From the NCBI GenBank assembly GCA_028818565.1, contig JAPPNV010000029.1:1-45449 (forward strand): DNA of 45,449 nt, read 5' to 3'. Shown in pieces: positions 1 to 12,569 of this stretch (within the stretch, counting starts at the first letter, position 1; each line of letters begins with the position of its first letter). Source of the DNA: Rhodospirillales bacterium (GTDB lineage Bacteria > Pseudomonadota > Alphaproteobacteria > UBA828). The notes under the pieces were generated by a model. The model was not told the origin of the DNA. It saw only the letters and a list, made by a program, of their open reading frames with translations, and searched no databases. Both the position numbers and the translations under genes were made by a program.

Positions 1-172
1 AGACCAGCCACCAGACCTCGTGCAGGCCCAAGCGCTTGAGCGCCAGCAGGCTGATGTGACGATGCCCCTCATGGGCCGGGTTGAAGGAGCCGCCGAGCAG
101 GCCGACCTTGCGGCCCGACGGCCGTGCGGGCGAGGCGTCGCCAGGCACCGGCCGCGACCGCCGGCGGCGCAT
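1..172 (-). CDS. nadD: Nicotinate-nucleotide adenylyltransferase, 5' part (runs off window edge)
   Basis: Not in the ORF track. Manual translation from ATG 172 (alternative GTG 178) gives ...[37 protein letters not shown], with the NadD GGSFNPxHxGH motif. Follows proA. Confidence 0.93.
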   Translation of the reverse strand, partial: MRRRRSRPVPGDASPARPSGRKVGLLGGSFNPAHEGHRHISLLALKRLGLHEVWWLV

Positions 173-186
173 GGGCACGAGAGTGG

Positions 187-1472
187 TCAGGGGCGAACCT
201 GTCCGTTGCCGTAAACCTTGTACTTGTAGGTGGTGAGCTGCTCGACGCCCACCGGCCCCCGCGCATGAAGCTTGCCGGTGGAGATGCCGATCTCGGCCCC
301 CATGCCGAACTCGCCGCCGTCGGCAAACTGGGTCGAGGCGTTGTGCAGCACGATCCCGCTGTCGACGCCCTCCATGAAGCGCTCGGCGGCGGCGGCATCC
401 TCGGTGATGATGCTGTCGGTATGGTGGGAGCCATGCTCGTTGACGTGGGCGATCGCCGCATCGAGCCCGTCCACCACCCCGACCGAGATGATTGCGTCGA
501 GATACTCGGTTCCCCAATCGTCGTCGCCCGCCGCCACAACGCGCGAGTCCATCGCCTGCACGCGTGCATCGCCCCGCACTTCGCAGCCGGCTTCGAACAG
601 CGGCTCGAGGATCGCGGGCAGCGTGTCCGTCACGGCGTCGTCGACCAGCAGGGTCTCGGCAGCGCCGCAAATCCCGGTCCGCCGCATCTTGGCGTTGAAG
701 GTCACGTCGCGCGCCTTTTCCGGGTCGGCGCCGGCATGCACGTAGACGTGGCAGTTGCCATCGAGGTGGGCCATCACCGGCACCCGGCTCTCCGCGAGCA
801 CTCGCTCGATCAGCGAGCGGCCGCCGCGCGGCACGATCAGGTCGAGCACTTCGTCCATGCCGAGCAAGATGCCGACGGCCGCGCGGTCGGTCGTGGGCAC
901 GGGCTGGATGCACCCCGTGGGCAGCCCCGTCTCGGCAAGCGCAGCCCGTAGCGCGGCTGCGATAGCGCGCGAGGAGTGCCAGCTCTCGGAGCCGCCGCGC
1001 AAAATTGCCGCATTACCCGCCATGAGGCAGAGCGCGCCGGCATCGGCGGTCACGTTGGGCCGCGATTCGTAGATGATCCCGATGACGCCGATCGGCACCG
1101 AAACCCGGCGGATGCGAAGCCCGTTGGGCCGCTCCCACTCGCCCAGAAGGCGGCCAAGCGGGTCGTCGAGAGCGGCCACCTGCTCGACACCCGCTGCCAT
1201 GGCTTCGACCCGGCCGGGATCGAGGGCAAGACGGTCAAGCAGGGCGCTGCTCAGGCCGGACGCCTCAGCGGCCGTCATGTCCCTGGCGTTCGCCTCCAGG
1301 ATGGCGGCTTCGTCGCCGCGAATGGCGGACGCTGCAGCCTTGAGCGCACGTCGCCTGTCCTCGGTCGAACTTGCCGCGAGCACCCGCGCCGCCGCGCGCG
1401 CCTCGACGCCGAGCGCATCCATCTCCGCCCGAATGTCGCGGTTCTCGTCGCGGCTCTGCGCCTGGGCGATGC

Positions 1473-1476
<4 letters not shown>
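187..1476 (-). CDS. proA: Gamma-glutamyl phosphate reductase
   Basis: Motifs [19 protein letters not shown], catalytic ICGAAET and [25 protein letters not shown] start overlaps the proB stop. Confidence 0.97.
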
Positions 1477-3667
<2,191 letters not shown>

Positions 3668-3925
3668 TTACGCGCTCGGCTCGACCGAGACGACCATCTT
3701 TCCGCCGCTGCGCCGCGCGAATTTCACTTGGCCGTCGGTCAGCGCAAAGAGCGTGTGATCGCGCCCGATCCCGACGTTCTCGCCCGGGTGCCACTTGGTG
3801 CCCCGCTGGCGCGCGATAATGTTGCCAGGGATCACCGCCTCGCCGCCGAACTTCTTGATGCCAAGCCGGCGACCCGCCGTGTCCCGGCCGTTGCGCGAAC
3901 TGCCGCCCGCCTTTTTGTGCGCCAT
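3668..3925 (-). CDS. rpmA: 50S ribosomal protein L27
   Basis: [15 protein letters not shown]...[23 protein letters not shown]. Confidence 0.98.
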   Translation of the reverse strand: MAHKKAGGSSRNGRDTAGRRLGIKKFGGEAVIPGNIIARQRGTKWHPGENVGIGRDHTLFALTDGQVKFARRSGGKMVVSVEPSA

Positions 3926-4602
3926 CAGCTTTTCTCCTCCGCCGGCTCGTCCGCAGGTGACTCAGCGGTCTCCTCGACCGGCGTGTCGGTCGTCTCGTCT
4001 GCAGAGGGCTCATCCGCCTCGGTCGCCGGCGCCTCGGCTGCCGCATCGGCCGTCTCCTCTGCCATCGGAGCAGCGGCCTCTTCCACCGGCGGCTCGGCAG
4101 GCTCTGGGGTCGCCGCTTCAGCGGGCGCGGGTGCGGTCTCTTCGGGCGTCTCGTCCTTGGCGGCCGGCTTCTTGCGGGTCCTCGGCTTGGCAGCGGCCTT
4201 CGCTCGCGTCGACCTCTTGGGCTTGGCGCCGGTTGCCTCTTCACCTTCCGCCGCCGCCTTCTTCCGCCGGCGCGCCTTCCGCTTCTGCCCTGCCGCCAGA
4301 ATCTCGTCGATGCGGAGCACCGTCAGTTCCTGCCGGTGCCCGCGCTTGCGGCGATGGTTCTTCCGCCGCTTCTTGCGGAAGACGATGATCTTCTCGCCGC
4401 GCGTGTGCTCGACAACCGTGGCCGCCACCCGCGCGCCCTCGACCAGCGGCTGGCCGAGCGAGACGGTCTCGCCGTCGCTCATCGCCAGCACTTCGCCGAG
4501 CTCGATCGCCTCACCGGCCTCGGCCTTCAGCCGTTCCACCCGGATAACGTCGTCCGGCGCGACGCGGTATTGCTTCCCGCCAGAGCGAACCACAGCGAAC
4601 AT
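3925..4602 (-). CDS. rplU: 50S ribosomal protein L21 with long low-complexity C-terminal extension
   Basis: [14 protein letters not shown]...[15 protein letters not shown], then about 120 aa of K/R-rich followed by E/A/P/T-rich tail. ATG 4602 is preferred over 4611. Confidence 0.95.
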   Translation of the reverse strand: MFAVVRSGGKQYRVAPDDVIRVERLKAEAGEAIELGEVLAMSDGETVSLGQPLVEGARVAATVVEHTRGEKIIVFRKKRRKNHRRKRGHRQELTVLRIDEILAAGQKRKARRRKKAAAEGEEATGAKPKRSTRAKAAAKPRTRKKPAAKDETPEETAPAPAEAATPEPAEPPVEEAAAPMAEETADAAAEAPATEADEPSADETTDTPVEETAESPADEPAEEKS

Positions 4603-4649
4603 GACAACCATCCGTTTTGGGGGCGCGGGGCACGTCCCGCGGCGGGCGC

Positions 4650-4677
4650 ACTATAGGCCGGACGTCCCCGGTGTCAA
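4650..4677 (-). promoter_or_regulatory. Sigma70-type promoter of the rplU-rpmA-obgE operon
   Basis: Minus strand TTGACA (4677-4672), 16-nt spacer, TATAGT (4655-4650), about 48 nt upstream of the rplU ATG. Confidence 0.7.
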
Positions 4678-4811
4678 TCGGTGGTAGGGCCTGATCATAT
4701 CCCTCGGGCGCCGGGCGCTCGCGTGGCTACGCCCCTCTCGGCGCGCGGCGCAGTCGCGCCGTTCGGGCCCGACGGCCCGGCTCTCTTCATTCTCTACAAG
4801 CTTGGGGTTTC

Positions 4812-5702
4812 TCAGTCCAGCCATCGCCGGTGCAGCCATAGCCATTGTGCGGGCCGATCCCGGATCCAATCCTCGAGCGTGCGATTGATGGCGACCGTGA
4901 TCGCGCGGATGCGCTCCTCCCGCGTACCCTCCTCAGGCATGGCCAGCTTGGGATACACGGTGACTCGGAACGACGCGCCGGTGAGCCGCTCCACCCTGAC
5001 CGGCCACACCGGGCAGTCGTAGCGCAGCGCGAGAGTCCCCACGGCCGGCGCGGTCATGGCATCGCGGCCGAAGAAGGGGACCGGGATGCCGGTGTTGAGT
5101 TTCTGATCCACCAGGAGAGCGGCGTGCCCGCCGGCGCCGAGCGTGCGCACCAGCTCGCGCGTGCCGTCGTGGCCCTTGGGCACGAGGTGCTGCATGACCG
5201 CACCCCTGATCCGCGAGATCATGCGGTCGACGATCGGGTTGTTCGCCGCCCTGTAGACGACAGTTGCCGGTATTCCGCCCTGCTCCAGCGTGAGCGCTGC
5301 GATCTCCCAATTGCCGATATGGCCCGAGAAGAAGATTCCGCCGGTGGGGGAGCGCTTGGCCTCTTCCAGGTAGGCGCGCCCGACGAGCTCGACCCGCCCG
5401 CCCGGCGCGTCGACAGAAAAGCGGTGGAGATGCGGGTATTCCGCAGCGACACGGCCGAGATGGCGCCACATGCGGCGGGCGCAACGCCGGACCTCGGCGG
5501 GTGAAAGCTCGGGCAACGCGCGAGCGAGATTGTCGAGGCCCTGCCGGTGCACCGGGAGCATCGGTCCGATGGAACCACCCAGAACGGCACCAAGAGCCGA
5601 CGCCCATCCCACAGGCAGCGCGCCGAGAAGCCCGAAGAAGACATGGGCGGCGGCGGCCTCGCAGACGTGCCGCGCCGTGCGCGCCGGCCCCCGCTTAGCC
5701 AC
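4812..5702 (-). CDS. lpxL: Lipid A late acyltransferase (LpxL/HtrB family)
   Basis: HIGNWE (Hx4E), LVDQK and PAQWLWLHRRW motifs; lies in the lipid A operon. Confidence 0.85.
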   Translation of the reverse strand: MAKRGPARTARHVCEAAAAHVFFGLLGALPVGWASALGAVLGGSIGPMLPVHRQGLDNLARALPELSPAEVRRCARRMWRHLGRVAAEYPHLHRFSVDAPGGRVELVGRAYLEEAKRSPTGGIFFSGHIGNWEIAALTLEQGGIPATVVYRAANNPIVDRMISRIRGAVMQHLVPKGHDGTRELVRTLGAGGHAALLVDQKLNTGIPVPFFGRDAMTAPAVGTLALRYDCPVWPVRVERLTGASFRVTVYPKLAMPEEGTREERIRAITVAINRTLEDWIRDRPAQWLWLHRRWLD

Positions 5703-6687
5703 GGCGGCAGCGCGTCACGAGCGGCGCCAGCAGGGATCGCGGCTCGGCCGGGTCGCGCCAGGCGAGAGTGACGGAGAGCGTGCGAACCGCCGCTCTTGAG
5801 TCCAGCGGCAGCCGCACATGGTCCTTTTCGGTCGTGACCGGCACGGCGTCCCGCTCTTTCGCTTGGTCGACGATGGCCGCAATCTCTCCCGGCTTATAGC
5901 GGTGGTGGTCCGCGAAGGCATGCTGCGCGATCACATTGCAGCCGTTTTCTGCCAGCGTCTCGAAGAACTTCTCCGGCCGCCCGATCCCGGCGAAGGCGAC
6001 GATTGGCTGCTCTCGGAGCGTCCGAATTTCGTCGCCAGGCATCAGCGAAGCCTCGATCACGGGCAGGTCGTGCGGCCCGAGCGCCGCGAGTACACCCTCT
6101 CGGTCGACACCGACAAGAACCAACGCATGCGCCCGGCCGAGCCCACAGGCGAGCGGCTCGCGCAACGGCCCGGCAGGCAACAGACGGCCATTGCCGAAGC
6201 CGGCGCCGCCATCCACGACCGCGAAGCAAAAGTCCTTCGCCAGGCCCGGCGTTTGCATGCCGTCGTCCATGAGCAACACGTCAGCGCCTGCGGACGCCGC
6301 AGCGGCGGCTCCCGCCGGCCGGTCGCGGCACAGCCAGGTTGGCGTTTCCCGCGCCAGCAACAACGCCTCGTCGCCGACCGCGTCTGCCGTGTGGTGGGCG
6401 GGATCGACCCTGAGCGGGCCCCGCTCGCTGCCGCGATAGCCGCGCGTGAGGATGTGCGGGCGAACGCCCTCCTCGGCCAGCAGCGCAGCGAGGGCGAGAA
6501 CGGTGGGGGTCTTGCCCGTACCGCCCACCGTGAAGTTGCCGACGCAAATCACCGGACGCTCGGCTTTCGACGGCCGAGCCAGAGCGGCGTGGCTCCGCGC
6601 GCCCAGGCGATAGAGCCAGGAGAGCGGCGTCAACGCGGCGGCGGCAACACCGCCGCTCTCAGCCGCCCAGAAATTCGGCGCGCGCAT
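5695..6687 (-). CDS. lpxK: Tetraacyldisaccharide 4'-kinase
   Basis: VGNFTVGGTGKTP, GDEALLLA, MDDGMQ, LLPAGPLRE and TTEKD. ATG 6687 (alternative GTG 6696). Confidence 0.95.
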   Translation of the reverse strand: MRAPNFWAAESGGVAAAALTPLSWLYRLGARSHAALARPSKAERPVICVGNFTVGGTGKTPTVLALAALLAEEGVRPHILTRGYRGSERGPLRVDPAHHTADAVGDEALLLARETPTWLCRDRPAGAAAAASAGADVLLMDDGMQTPGLAKDFCFAVVDGGAGFGNGRLLPAGPLREPLACGLGRAHALVLVGVDREGVLAALGPHDLPVIEASLMPGDEIRTLREQPIVAFAGIGRPEKFFETLAENGCNVIAQHAFADHHRYKPGEIAAIVDQAKERDAVPVTTEKDHVRLPLDSRAAVRTLSVTLAWRDPAEPRSLLAPLVTRCRRG

Positions 6688-7972
6688 CGTCGCCACTGGG
6701 TTCGAGGTGATCGCGGATCAGGTCGAGCGTCGCTTCGGCCGCACCGGCGAGCGCAGCCGCGGCCTCGCGCGCGGCGGCCGCGCGCGAGGATTGCGCGCTC
6801 TCTTCTTCGAGCAAGGCGCGCACGGCACCGGCGAGCGCATCCGGGTCGCTCACCCGGTGGAGCGCATCGGCGTCCTCCAATGCGGCGTATGCCTCAGCGA
6901 AATTCTCCGTGTGCGGGCCCGCAATGAGCGCGCAATCGAGCCGCGCCGGCTCCAGCGGGTTGTGCCCACCGTGGGGCGCAAGCGAGCCGCCGATGAACGC
7001 GATATCTCCGAGGCGGTAGACCAGGCCGAGTTCGCCCAGCGTATCGACGAGGTAGACGGCGGTCGACGGTGTGATCGCGCCATTCGCCGAGCGCCGGGCG
7101 GTGGCGAGGCCACTGCGCTCCAGCATCTCAGTTACTAAGGCGCCCCGCTCCGGGTGACGCAGCGCCAGGATCGTCAGCAAATCGGGGAAGATTCGACGCA
7201 AGGCAGATGCCGCCTCGGAAATGGCCGCCTCCTCGCCCTCGTGGGTGCTCGCCGCGATCCAGCGAGGCCGCCCGCCGATGGCCTGCTTGAGGTCTTTGAC
7301 GGCATCCACGTCAGCCGGCAGAGGCGGTGCGTCGTTCTTGAGGTTTCCGCGAACCGCGACGTTGCGCGCGCCGAGCGCGCGAAAGCGTGCCGCATCTGTC
7401 TCCGTCTGCGCCAGGACGCCGGTGAAGGCTGCGAGCAGGGGTTGGCACAAGTGCGGCGCTCGCCGCCAGCGCTCGCCGGAACGGGCGGACATGCGCGCAT
7501 TGACCAGCAGCATGGGGATACCGCGCCCGGCGGTCTCCAGGATGAGGTTGGGCCAAAGCTCCGATTCCACCCAGACCGCAAGGTCCGGTCGCCAGTGCCC
7601 GGCGAACCGCCGCACCGCGGCAGGCCGGTCGACCGGCGCAAATTGATGGATAACCCCGACCGGAAGTCGCTCGTCCAGTAGCCGCGCGGATGTGACGGTA
7701 CCGGAGGTAATCAAGACGTGAACGTCGGGAAACGCTTCGCGCAAGCGCTCGACCAGCGGCAGCAAAGACAGGCTCTCGCCGACGCTCACTGCATGCATCC
7801 AGACCAGCCTGCCATCGGGACGCGGCATGCCAGGCCGACCGAGCCGCTCACTGAAGCGGGCGCGGTCTTCCTTGCCTCGGCGTCGACGGTGGGCAAGCCA
7901 GGCGTGGACGACCGGTGTGGCGAGCACGCTTGCACAGCGATAACTGCGCGGCGTGATCAGAGCCTCGATCAT
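6659..7972 (-). CDS. waaA: 3-deoxy-D-manno-octulosonic acid (Kdo) transferase
   Basis: WMHAVSVGE, ESELWPN, ASTHEGEE and GGHNPLEPA. Confidence 0.95.
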   Translation of the reverse strand: MIEALITPRSYRCASVLATPVVHAWLAHRRRRGKEDRARFSERLGRPGMPRPDGRLVWMHAVSVGESLSLLPLVERLREAFPDVHVLITSGTVTSARLLDERLPVGVIHQFAPVDRPAAVRRFAGHWRPDLAVWVESELWPNLILETAGRGIPMLLVNARMSARSGERWRRAPHLCQPLLAAFTGVLAQTETDAARFRALGARNVAVRGNLKNDAPPLPADVDAVKDLKQAIGGRPRWIAASTHEGEEAAISEAASALRRIFPDLLTILALRHPERGALVTEMLERSGLATARRSANGAITPSTAVYLVDTLGELGLVYRLGDIAFIGGSLAPHGGHNPLEPARLDCALIAGPHTENFAEAYAALEDADALHRVSDPDALAGAVRALLEEESAQSSRAAAAREAAAALAGAAEATLDLIRDHLEPSGDDARAEFLGG

Positions 7973-8721
7973 TGGCGCGCCACGGCCGGCGCCGCACCGG
8001 CGCGGCGTTCGCGCGTTCGCGCGACCTCTCCGGCTGGCTCGATTGGCTCCGCGCCCACCATTCGATCGGCTTCGGCGGTAAGCTCGTTGAGCCGCTCTTC
8101 CAGGGTCAGGCGCGCGCTCTCCCGCGCGGACTCATCGGCATCCGCAGCGACATGGAGCGGCGGCCCCCACAGATAGGCGCCGCGGCCGAAGGGCAGGGCG
8201 ATCACGAAGCGATCCCAACTGTTTGCCGCCGCGCGCCGCGAGACTGCATAGGTGTATGGCACGATTGGCGCGCCGGAGAGTCGCGCCAACGCGATGATTC
8301 CAGGCTGAACGCGCATCCGGGGGCCGCGCGGCCCGTCCGGGCTGATGGCAACATAGCCGCCCCCCTTCAGCACGCGGAGCGAGGCACGACCTGCCGCCAT
8401 GCCACCCCGCGTGCGCGAGCCGCGGATCGGCACCACGCCCACATGCCGTGTTGCGCGCGCAATGCTTTCGCCGTCACGGTGGCGGGAAATCATGACGTGA
8501 ATCGGCGTACCCTTCGGCCAGCCATGCGGCGCCAGCATCAGCCGACCGTGCCAGAAGGCGCAGATAAAAGGTTGGCCCGCGCGTATCAGCGCTTCGGCGT
8601 CCTCGCGACCGCGAATCCGCCAGCGGGTCGTGGCGAAGACGAAGCTCGCAAACCGCGCGTAGAGCCAGACGAGCACAGCGCGCCCGAACCGGCTCTGCGA
8701 AACGCGCTTGCCGAGAGACAT
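7969..8721 (-). CDS. DUF374 / lysophospholipid acyltransferase-like protein (LpxJ-like)
   Basis: FWHGR, ISRHRDGE, IRGS, SPDGPRGP and SWDRF motifs; sits between msbA and waaA. Confidence 0.85.
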   Translation of the reverse strand: MSLGKRVSQSRFGRAVLVWLYARFASFVFATTRWRIRGREDAEALIRAGQPFICAFWHGRLMLAPHGWPKGTPIHVMISRHRDGESIARATRHVGVVPIRGSRTRGGMAAGRASLRVLKGGGYVAISPDGPRGPRMRVQPGIIALARLSGAPIVPYTYAVSRRAAANSWDRFVIALPFGRGAYLWGPPLHVAADADESARESARLTLEERLNELTAEADRMVGAEPIEPAGEVARTRERRAGAAPAVARQ

Positions 8722-8723
8722 GC

Positions 8724-10526
8724 CTATTCGGCGGCCATGCCCGCGGTAAACTGCACGGCATGAAGCCGCGCATAGACCCCGCCCGCTGCCAGCAGCGAGC
8801 GATGCGAGCCCGTTTCCGCGAGTCTGCCGCCCTCCAGGACGTAAATCCGGTCAGCCTCCTGGACCGTGGAGAGACGGTGGGCGATGACCAGGGTCGTGCG
8901 GCCCTGCATCAGGCTACGCAATGCGGTCTGAACCTGCCGCTCGGATTCGGCGTCAAGCGCGCTGGTCGCCTCGTCGAGCAGCAGGATGGGAGCATCCTTG
9001 AGCATGGCGCGGGCGATGGAGAGCCGCTGCCGCTGCCCGCCGGAGAGTTTGACCCCGCGCTCACCGATGATCGTGTCGTAGCCGTCGGGCAGCTCCCGAA
9101 TGAAGCGATCGGCGCCCGCCGCTTGCGCGGCAGCCACGATGTCGTTTTCGCTGGCGTCGATACGCCCGTAGGCGATGTTGGCGCGGACGCTCTCGTCGAA
9201 CAGCACCGCCTCCTGGCTCACCAGCCCCACCGCGTCGCGCACGCTCTCGATCGTCGCCGTGCGGACGTCGATCCCGTCGATGCTGACCGTCCCTTCGTCC
9301 ACGTCGTAGAACCGGGGGATCAGGTTCAGCACGGTGGATTTCCCTGCGCCGGAAGGGCCGACGAGCGCGACCGTCTCTCCTGCCGGGACATTCAGGCTCA
9401 CTTCGAGAAGGGCATGCGTGCCGTTCGGGTAGGAAAAGCTCACGCCCTCCAGCGCGATGGCACCGCCCGTGACCTTGAGCGGGCGTGCATCCGGGGCCTC
9501 GGCGACGCGGGGCTCGGTGTCCAACAGGTCGAACACGCGCTGGCTGGCGGCGAGGCCTTCTTGCAGGCTGGCGTTGAGATTGGCGAGCGCCTTGAGCGGC
9601 CGATAGGCGAGCAGCATGGCTGTGACGAAGGCGAAGAAGGCGCCGGGCGTGAGCGCGCCCTCGATCACCTGCCAGCCGCCATAGAGGATCAGCAGGGCGA
9701 TGAATAGGCCACCGAGCGTTTCCATGATCGGCGTCGCGGCGGCGCGCACGCGCTGCTGCTTGAAGATCAGGCGGAAGACGCTCTCGATCAGGCGGTCGGT
9801 GCGCGCGGATTCGAAGCGCTCGCGGTTATAGGCCTTGACGTGGCGCGCGCCCTGAAACGTCTCGTTGAGCCGCGCGGTGAAGAGGCCGAGCTCGTTGAGG
9901 GCGGAGGTCGAGACCTTGCGCATGCGCCGGCCGATCTTCGAAATCGGGTAGATCGCGACGGGGAAGACCACACAGGCGATCAGCGCAAGCTTCCAGTCCT
10001 TCTCGAACATCACGCCGACCAGGAACAACAGGGTCAGCGAATCCTTGACCATGCCGGTGAGCGCGTTCGAGACGGCGTTGCGCATCATGTTGACGTCGTT
10101 GGTGAGCCGCGAGACCAGCCGGCCGGACGCCGTGTCCTGGAAGAAGGCGAGGTCGAAGCGAAGGATGTGGGCAAAGACCCGGCTCTGCAGGTCGGCGATG
10201 ATGCGCTGCCCGACGAAGGCCATCAGCACCGCTTGCCCGTAAGTGGCGGCACCCCGGATCAGCGTGATCCCGATGACCGCGATGGGCACCACGATGAGCA
10301 GCGTGCGGTCCTTCTCAAGGAAGATCTGGTCCAGCACGGGCTCCATGAGGTAGGCAAGCGCTGCCGTGGAGCCGCCTGCGAACACCATGCAAATCCCCGC
10401 GAGGAGCAAGCGGCCCACATGGGGGCGCACGTGATCGCGCACGAGGCGCACCAAGAGGTGCCTCGTCGAGCCTGGTCGCTGGGGCGGGTCAGGTCGTTCC
10501 ACGGCTTTCGCCCAGCACTGGGGCAA
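8724..10526 (-). CDS. msbA: Lipid A export ABC transporter (MsbA-like, fused TMD and NBD)
   Basis: Multiple TM segments, Walker A GPSGAGKS, signature LSGGQRQR, Walker B LLLDEATSALD; heads the lipid A operon. The true start may be GTG 10502. Confidence 0.85.
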   Translation of the reverse strand: MPQCWAKAVERPDPPQRPGSTRHLLVRLVRDHVRPHVGRLLLAGICMVFAGGSTAALAYLMEPVLDQIFLEKDRTLLIVVPIAVIGITLIRGAATYGQAVLMAFVGQRIIADLQSRVFAHILRFDLAFFQDTASGRLVSRLTNDVNMMRNAVSNALTGMVKDSLTLLFLVGVMFEKDWKLALIACVVFPVAIYPISKIGRRMRKVSTSALNELGLFTARLNETFQGARHVKAYNRERFESARTDRLIESVFRLIFKQQRVRAAATPIMETLGGLFIALLILYGGWQVIEGALTPGAFFAFVTAMLLAYRPLKALANLNASLQEGLAASQRVFDLLDTEPRVAEAPDARPLKVTGGAIALEGVSFSYPNGTHALLEVSLNVPAGETVALVGPSGAGKSTVLNLIPRFYDVDEGTVSIDGIDVRTATIESVRDAVGLVSQEAVLFDESVRANIAYGRIDASENDIVAAAQAAGADRFIRELPDGYDTIIGERGVKLSGGQRQRLSIARAMLKDAPILLLDEATSALDAESERQVQTALRSLMQGRTTLVIAHRLSTVQEADRIYVLEGGRLAETGSHRSLLAAGGVYARLHAVQFTAGMAAE

Positions 10527-10613
10527 TGCCTAAACGCTTGAAATCAGTCCAATAGCATGGCGAAGCCGCAGGCTCCAGCCGGGGCATACGGGATGAGGCC
10601 GCGCCGTCGGTGC

Positions 10614-11963
10614 TCAGCGGCCCGCCACGGTCATGCCATCGATGCGCACGGTCGGGCTGTCGACCCCATAGCGGAACTCAAGATCGCTGGCTGGTGTGAG
10701 GTGGCGGAACATCTCCCTGAGATTGCCGGCGACGGTGACCTCGCTCACCGGATAGGCGATCTCGCCCTGCTCGATCCAGAAGCCTGCCGCACCCCGGCTG
10801 TAGTCGCCTGTCACCATGTTCACGCCCATGCCGATCAGTTCGGTCACGTAGAGACCGCTGGTCACGCCGCCGATCAGGGCCTCTGCGCTCTCAGCGCCGG
10901 GTTCCAGCCAAAGGTTGCTGCATGAGGGCGAAGGCGGCCCGCTGGTCCCGCGCGAGGCATGGCCGGTGCTGGCAAGGTCGAGCTGGCGCGCGGAGCGGCT
11001 GTCGAGCAGCCAGGTTTGCAGCACGCCGTCAGCGACGATCGCACGCCGTTCCGTCGCCACGCCCTCACCGTCAAAGGGTCGTGAGCGCAGCCCCCGCGCC
11101 CGATGCGGGTCGTCCACGACGGTGGAGCCGGACGCGAACACCGCGGTCTCCAGCGCGTCCTTCAGGAAGCTGGTTCCGCGCGCGATCGACGGGCCGGAGA
11201 TTGCGCCGGCAAGGCGGGAGAGCAGCCCGCCCGAGATCCGAGTGTCGTAGACCACCGGCACCTGGCCCGATCGCGCCTTGCGGGCGCCGAGGCGGCGCAC
11301 CGCGCGCTCTCCGGCGCGTCTGCCGACGGCCGTGGGGTCTTCCAGATCGGCTTCGTGCACCGCCGACGACCACCAGTAGTCGCGTTCCATCCCGGTGCCT
11401 TCTCCGGCCAGCGCCGCGGCGCTCACCGAATACCGACTGCTCGCGTAGCCGCCGGCGAAGCCGTCGCTGGTCACGAGCATCGCCTCTGACCGGCCCCAGC
11501 CGGCTCCAGCGCCTTCGGAGTTGGTGACACCGGCGACGGCGCGGGCCGCGTCCTCGGCCGCCAGTGCTCGCTCCATCAGTTCGTCCGGGCCGGGCTCCCC
11601 CGCATCGGCGAGGTCGAGGGAGGGCCAGTCCCGGGCGAGCCGCGCCGGATCGGCGAGTCCGGCATAGGGGTCCTCCGGCACCGCCCGCGCCATGGCGATC
11701 GCCCGCTCGGCGAGAGGTGCGAGCGCGCCTTTCGAGATGTCGGTGGTGGAAACGTTTGCCTGCCGGGCGCCGACAAAGACGCGCAAGCCGAGGTCGCGGC
11801 TCTCCGCCCGGGTGAGTTCCTCCGGCTCGCCCAGGCGACATCCAGCGTCGAGCGTGCTGCTCTTCAGCAGCACGGCGTCGGCGGCGTCAGCGCCGAGACG
11901 ACTTGCCAAGGCGATCAGCCCCTGCAGCAGGTCCAGGGGCTCGGCGGCTTCAGAGATTGCCAT
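10614..11963 (-). CDS. pmbA: TldD/PmbA family protein (PmbA/TldE type)
   Basis: NSEGA, ERDYW, SRPFDGEG and C-terminal TGDYSRGAAGFWI...EVTVAGNL. Start reassigned to ATG 11963 to avoid overlapping msrA. Confidence 0.88.
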   Translation of the reverse strand: MAISEAAEPLDLLQGLIALASRLGADAADAVLLKSSTLDAGCRLGEPEELTRAESRDLGLRVFVGARQANVSTTDISKGALAPLAERAIAMARAVPEDPYAGLADPARLARDWPSLDLADAGEPGPDELMERALAAEDAARAVAGVTNSEGAGAGWGRSEAMLVTSDGFAGGYASSRYSVSAAALAGEGTGMERDYWWSSAVHEADLEDPTAVGRRAGERAVRRLGARKARSGQVPVVYDTRISGGLLSRLAGAISGPSIARGTSFLKDALETAVFASGSTVVDDPHRARGLRSRPFDGEGVATERRAIVADGVLQTWLLDSRSARQLDLASTGHASRGTSGPPSPSCSNLWLEPGAESAEALIGGVTSGLYVTELIGMGVNMVTGDYSRGAAGFWIEQGEIAYPVSEVTVAGNLREMFRHLTPASDLEFRYGVDSPTVRIDGMTVAGR

Positions 11964-12012
11964 CAGCGCAGAAGTACGGTCGCGGGCTCTCGCAGAGAAT
12001 CGGCGACGCCGG

Positions 12013-12486
12013 TCAAACGCGGAAGAGGCCGGCGTGGATGCGCCGGTTCTTCTCGAAGTACTGCTGGTGGTAATCCTCGGCCATCCAGAATTCCGCGGCA
12101 GGCTCAATTTGAGTCGCGATGGGGTGCCCCGCAGCCACGAGCTTCGCCTGGCTCGCTTCTGCGGCCTCTTTCTGCGCCTCAGAGCGGTAGAAAATGACCG
12201 TGCGATACTGGGTGCCGATGTCGGGCCCCTGGCGGTTCACCTGGGTCGGGTCGTGGACCTGCCAGAAGAGCCCCAGTAGCTGCTCGTAGCTCACCCGCTC
12301 GGGGTCGAAGACGACCCGCACCACCTCCGCATGGCCGGTCTGGCCGCTGCACACGTCGTAGTAGCCAGGCTCGGCCGTGTGGCCGCCAGCGTAGCCGACC
12401 GCAGTCTCGACGACGCCATCGACCCGGCGAAACGCGGCCTCGACGCCCCAGAAGCAGCCCGCTCCGAATATCGCCGTCTCAGTCAT
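12013..12486 (-). CDS. msrA: Peptide-methionine (S)-S-oxide reductase
   Basis: GCFWG active site, [23 protein letters not shown] and [11 protein letters not shown] 12486. Confidence 0.95.
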   Translation of the reverse strand: MTETAIFGAGCFWGVEAAFRRVDGVVETAVGYAGGHTAEPGYYDVCSGQTGHAEVVRVVFDPERVSYEQLLGLFWQVHDPTQVNRQGPDIGTQYRTVIFYRSEAQKEAAEASQAKLVAAGHPIATQIEPAAEFWMAEDYHQQYFEKNRRIHAGLFRV

Positions 12487-12569
12487 CTCGCCCTCATACC
12501 CGTTTCTTCCTTGTGTGTTAGATAGCACCTCGCGGAGATGCGGCAAACAAAAGCGGCAGGAGTCACGGC

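Noticed and set aside
10614-11963. PmbA as a maturation protease for the CLLPGIPC peptide
   Set aside because: It is 30 kb away, a widespread housekeeping gene, cytoplasmic and without tldD here; nothing in the sequence links the two.
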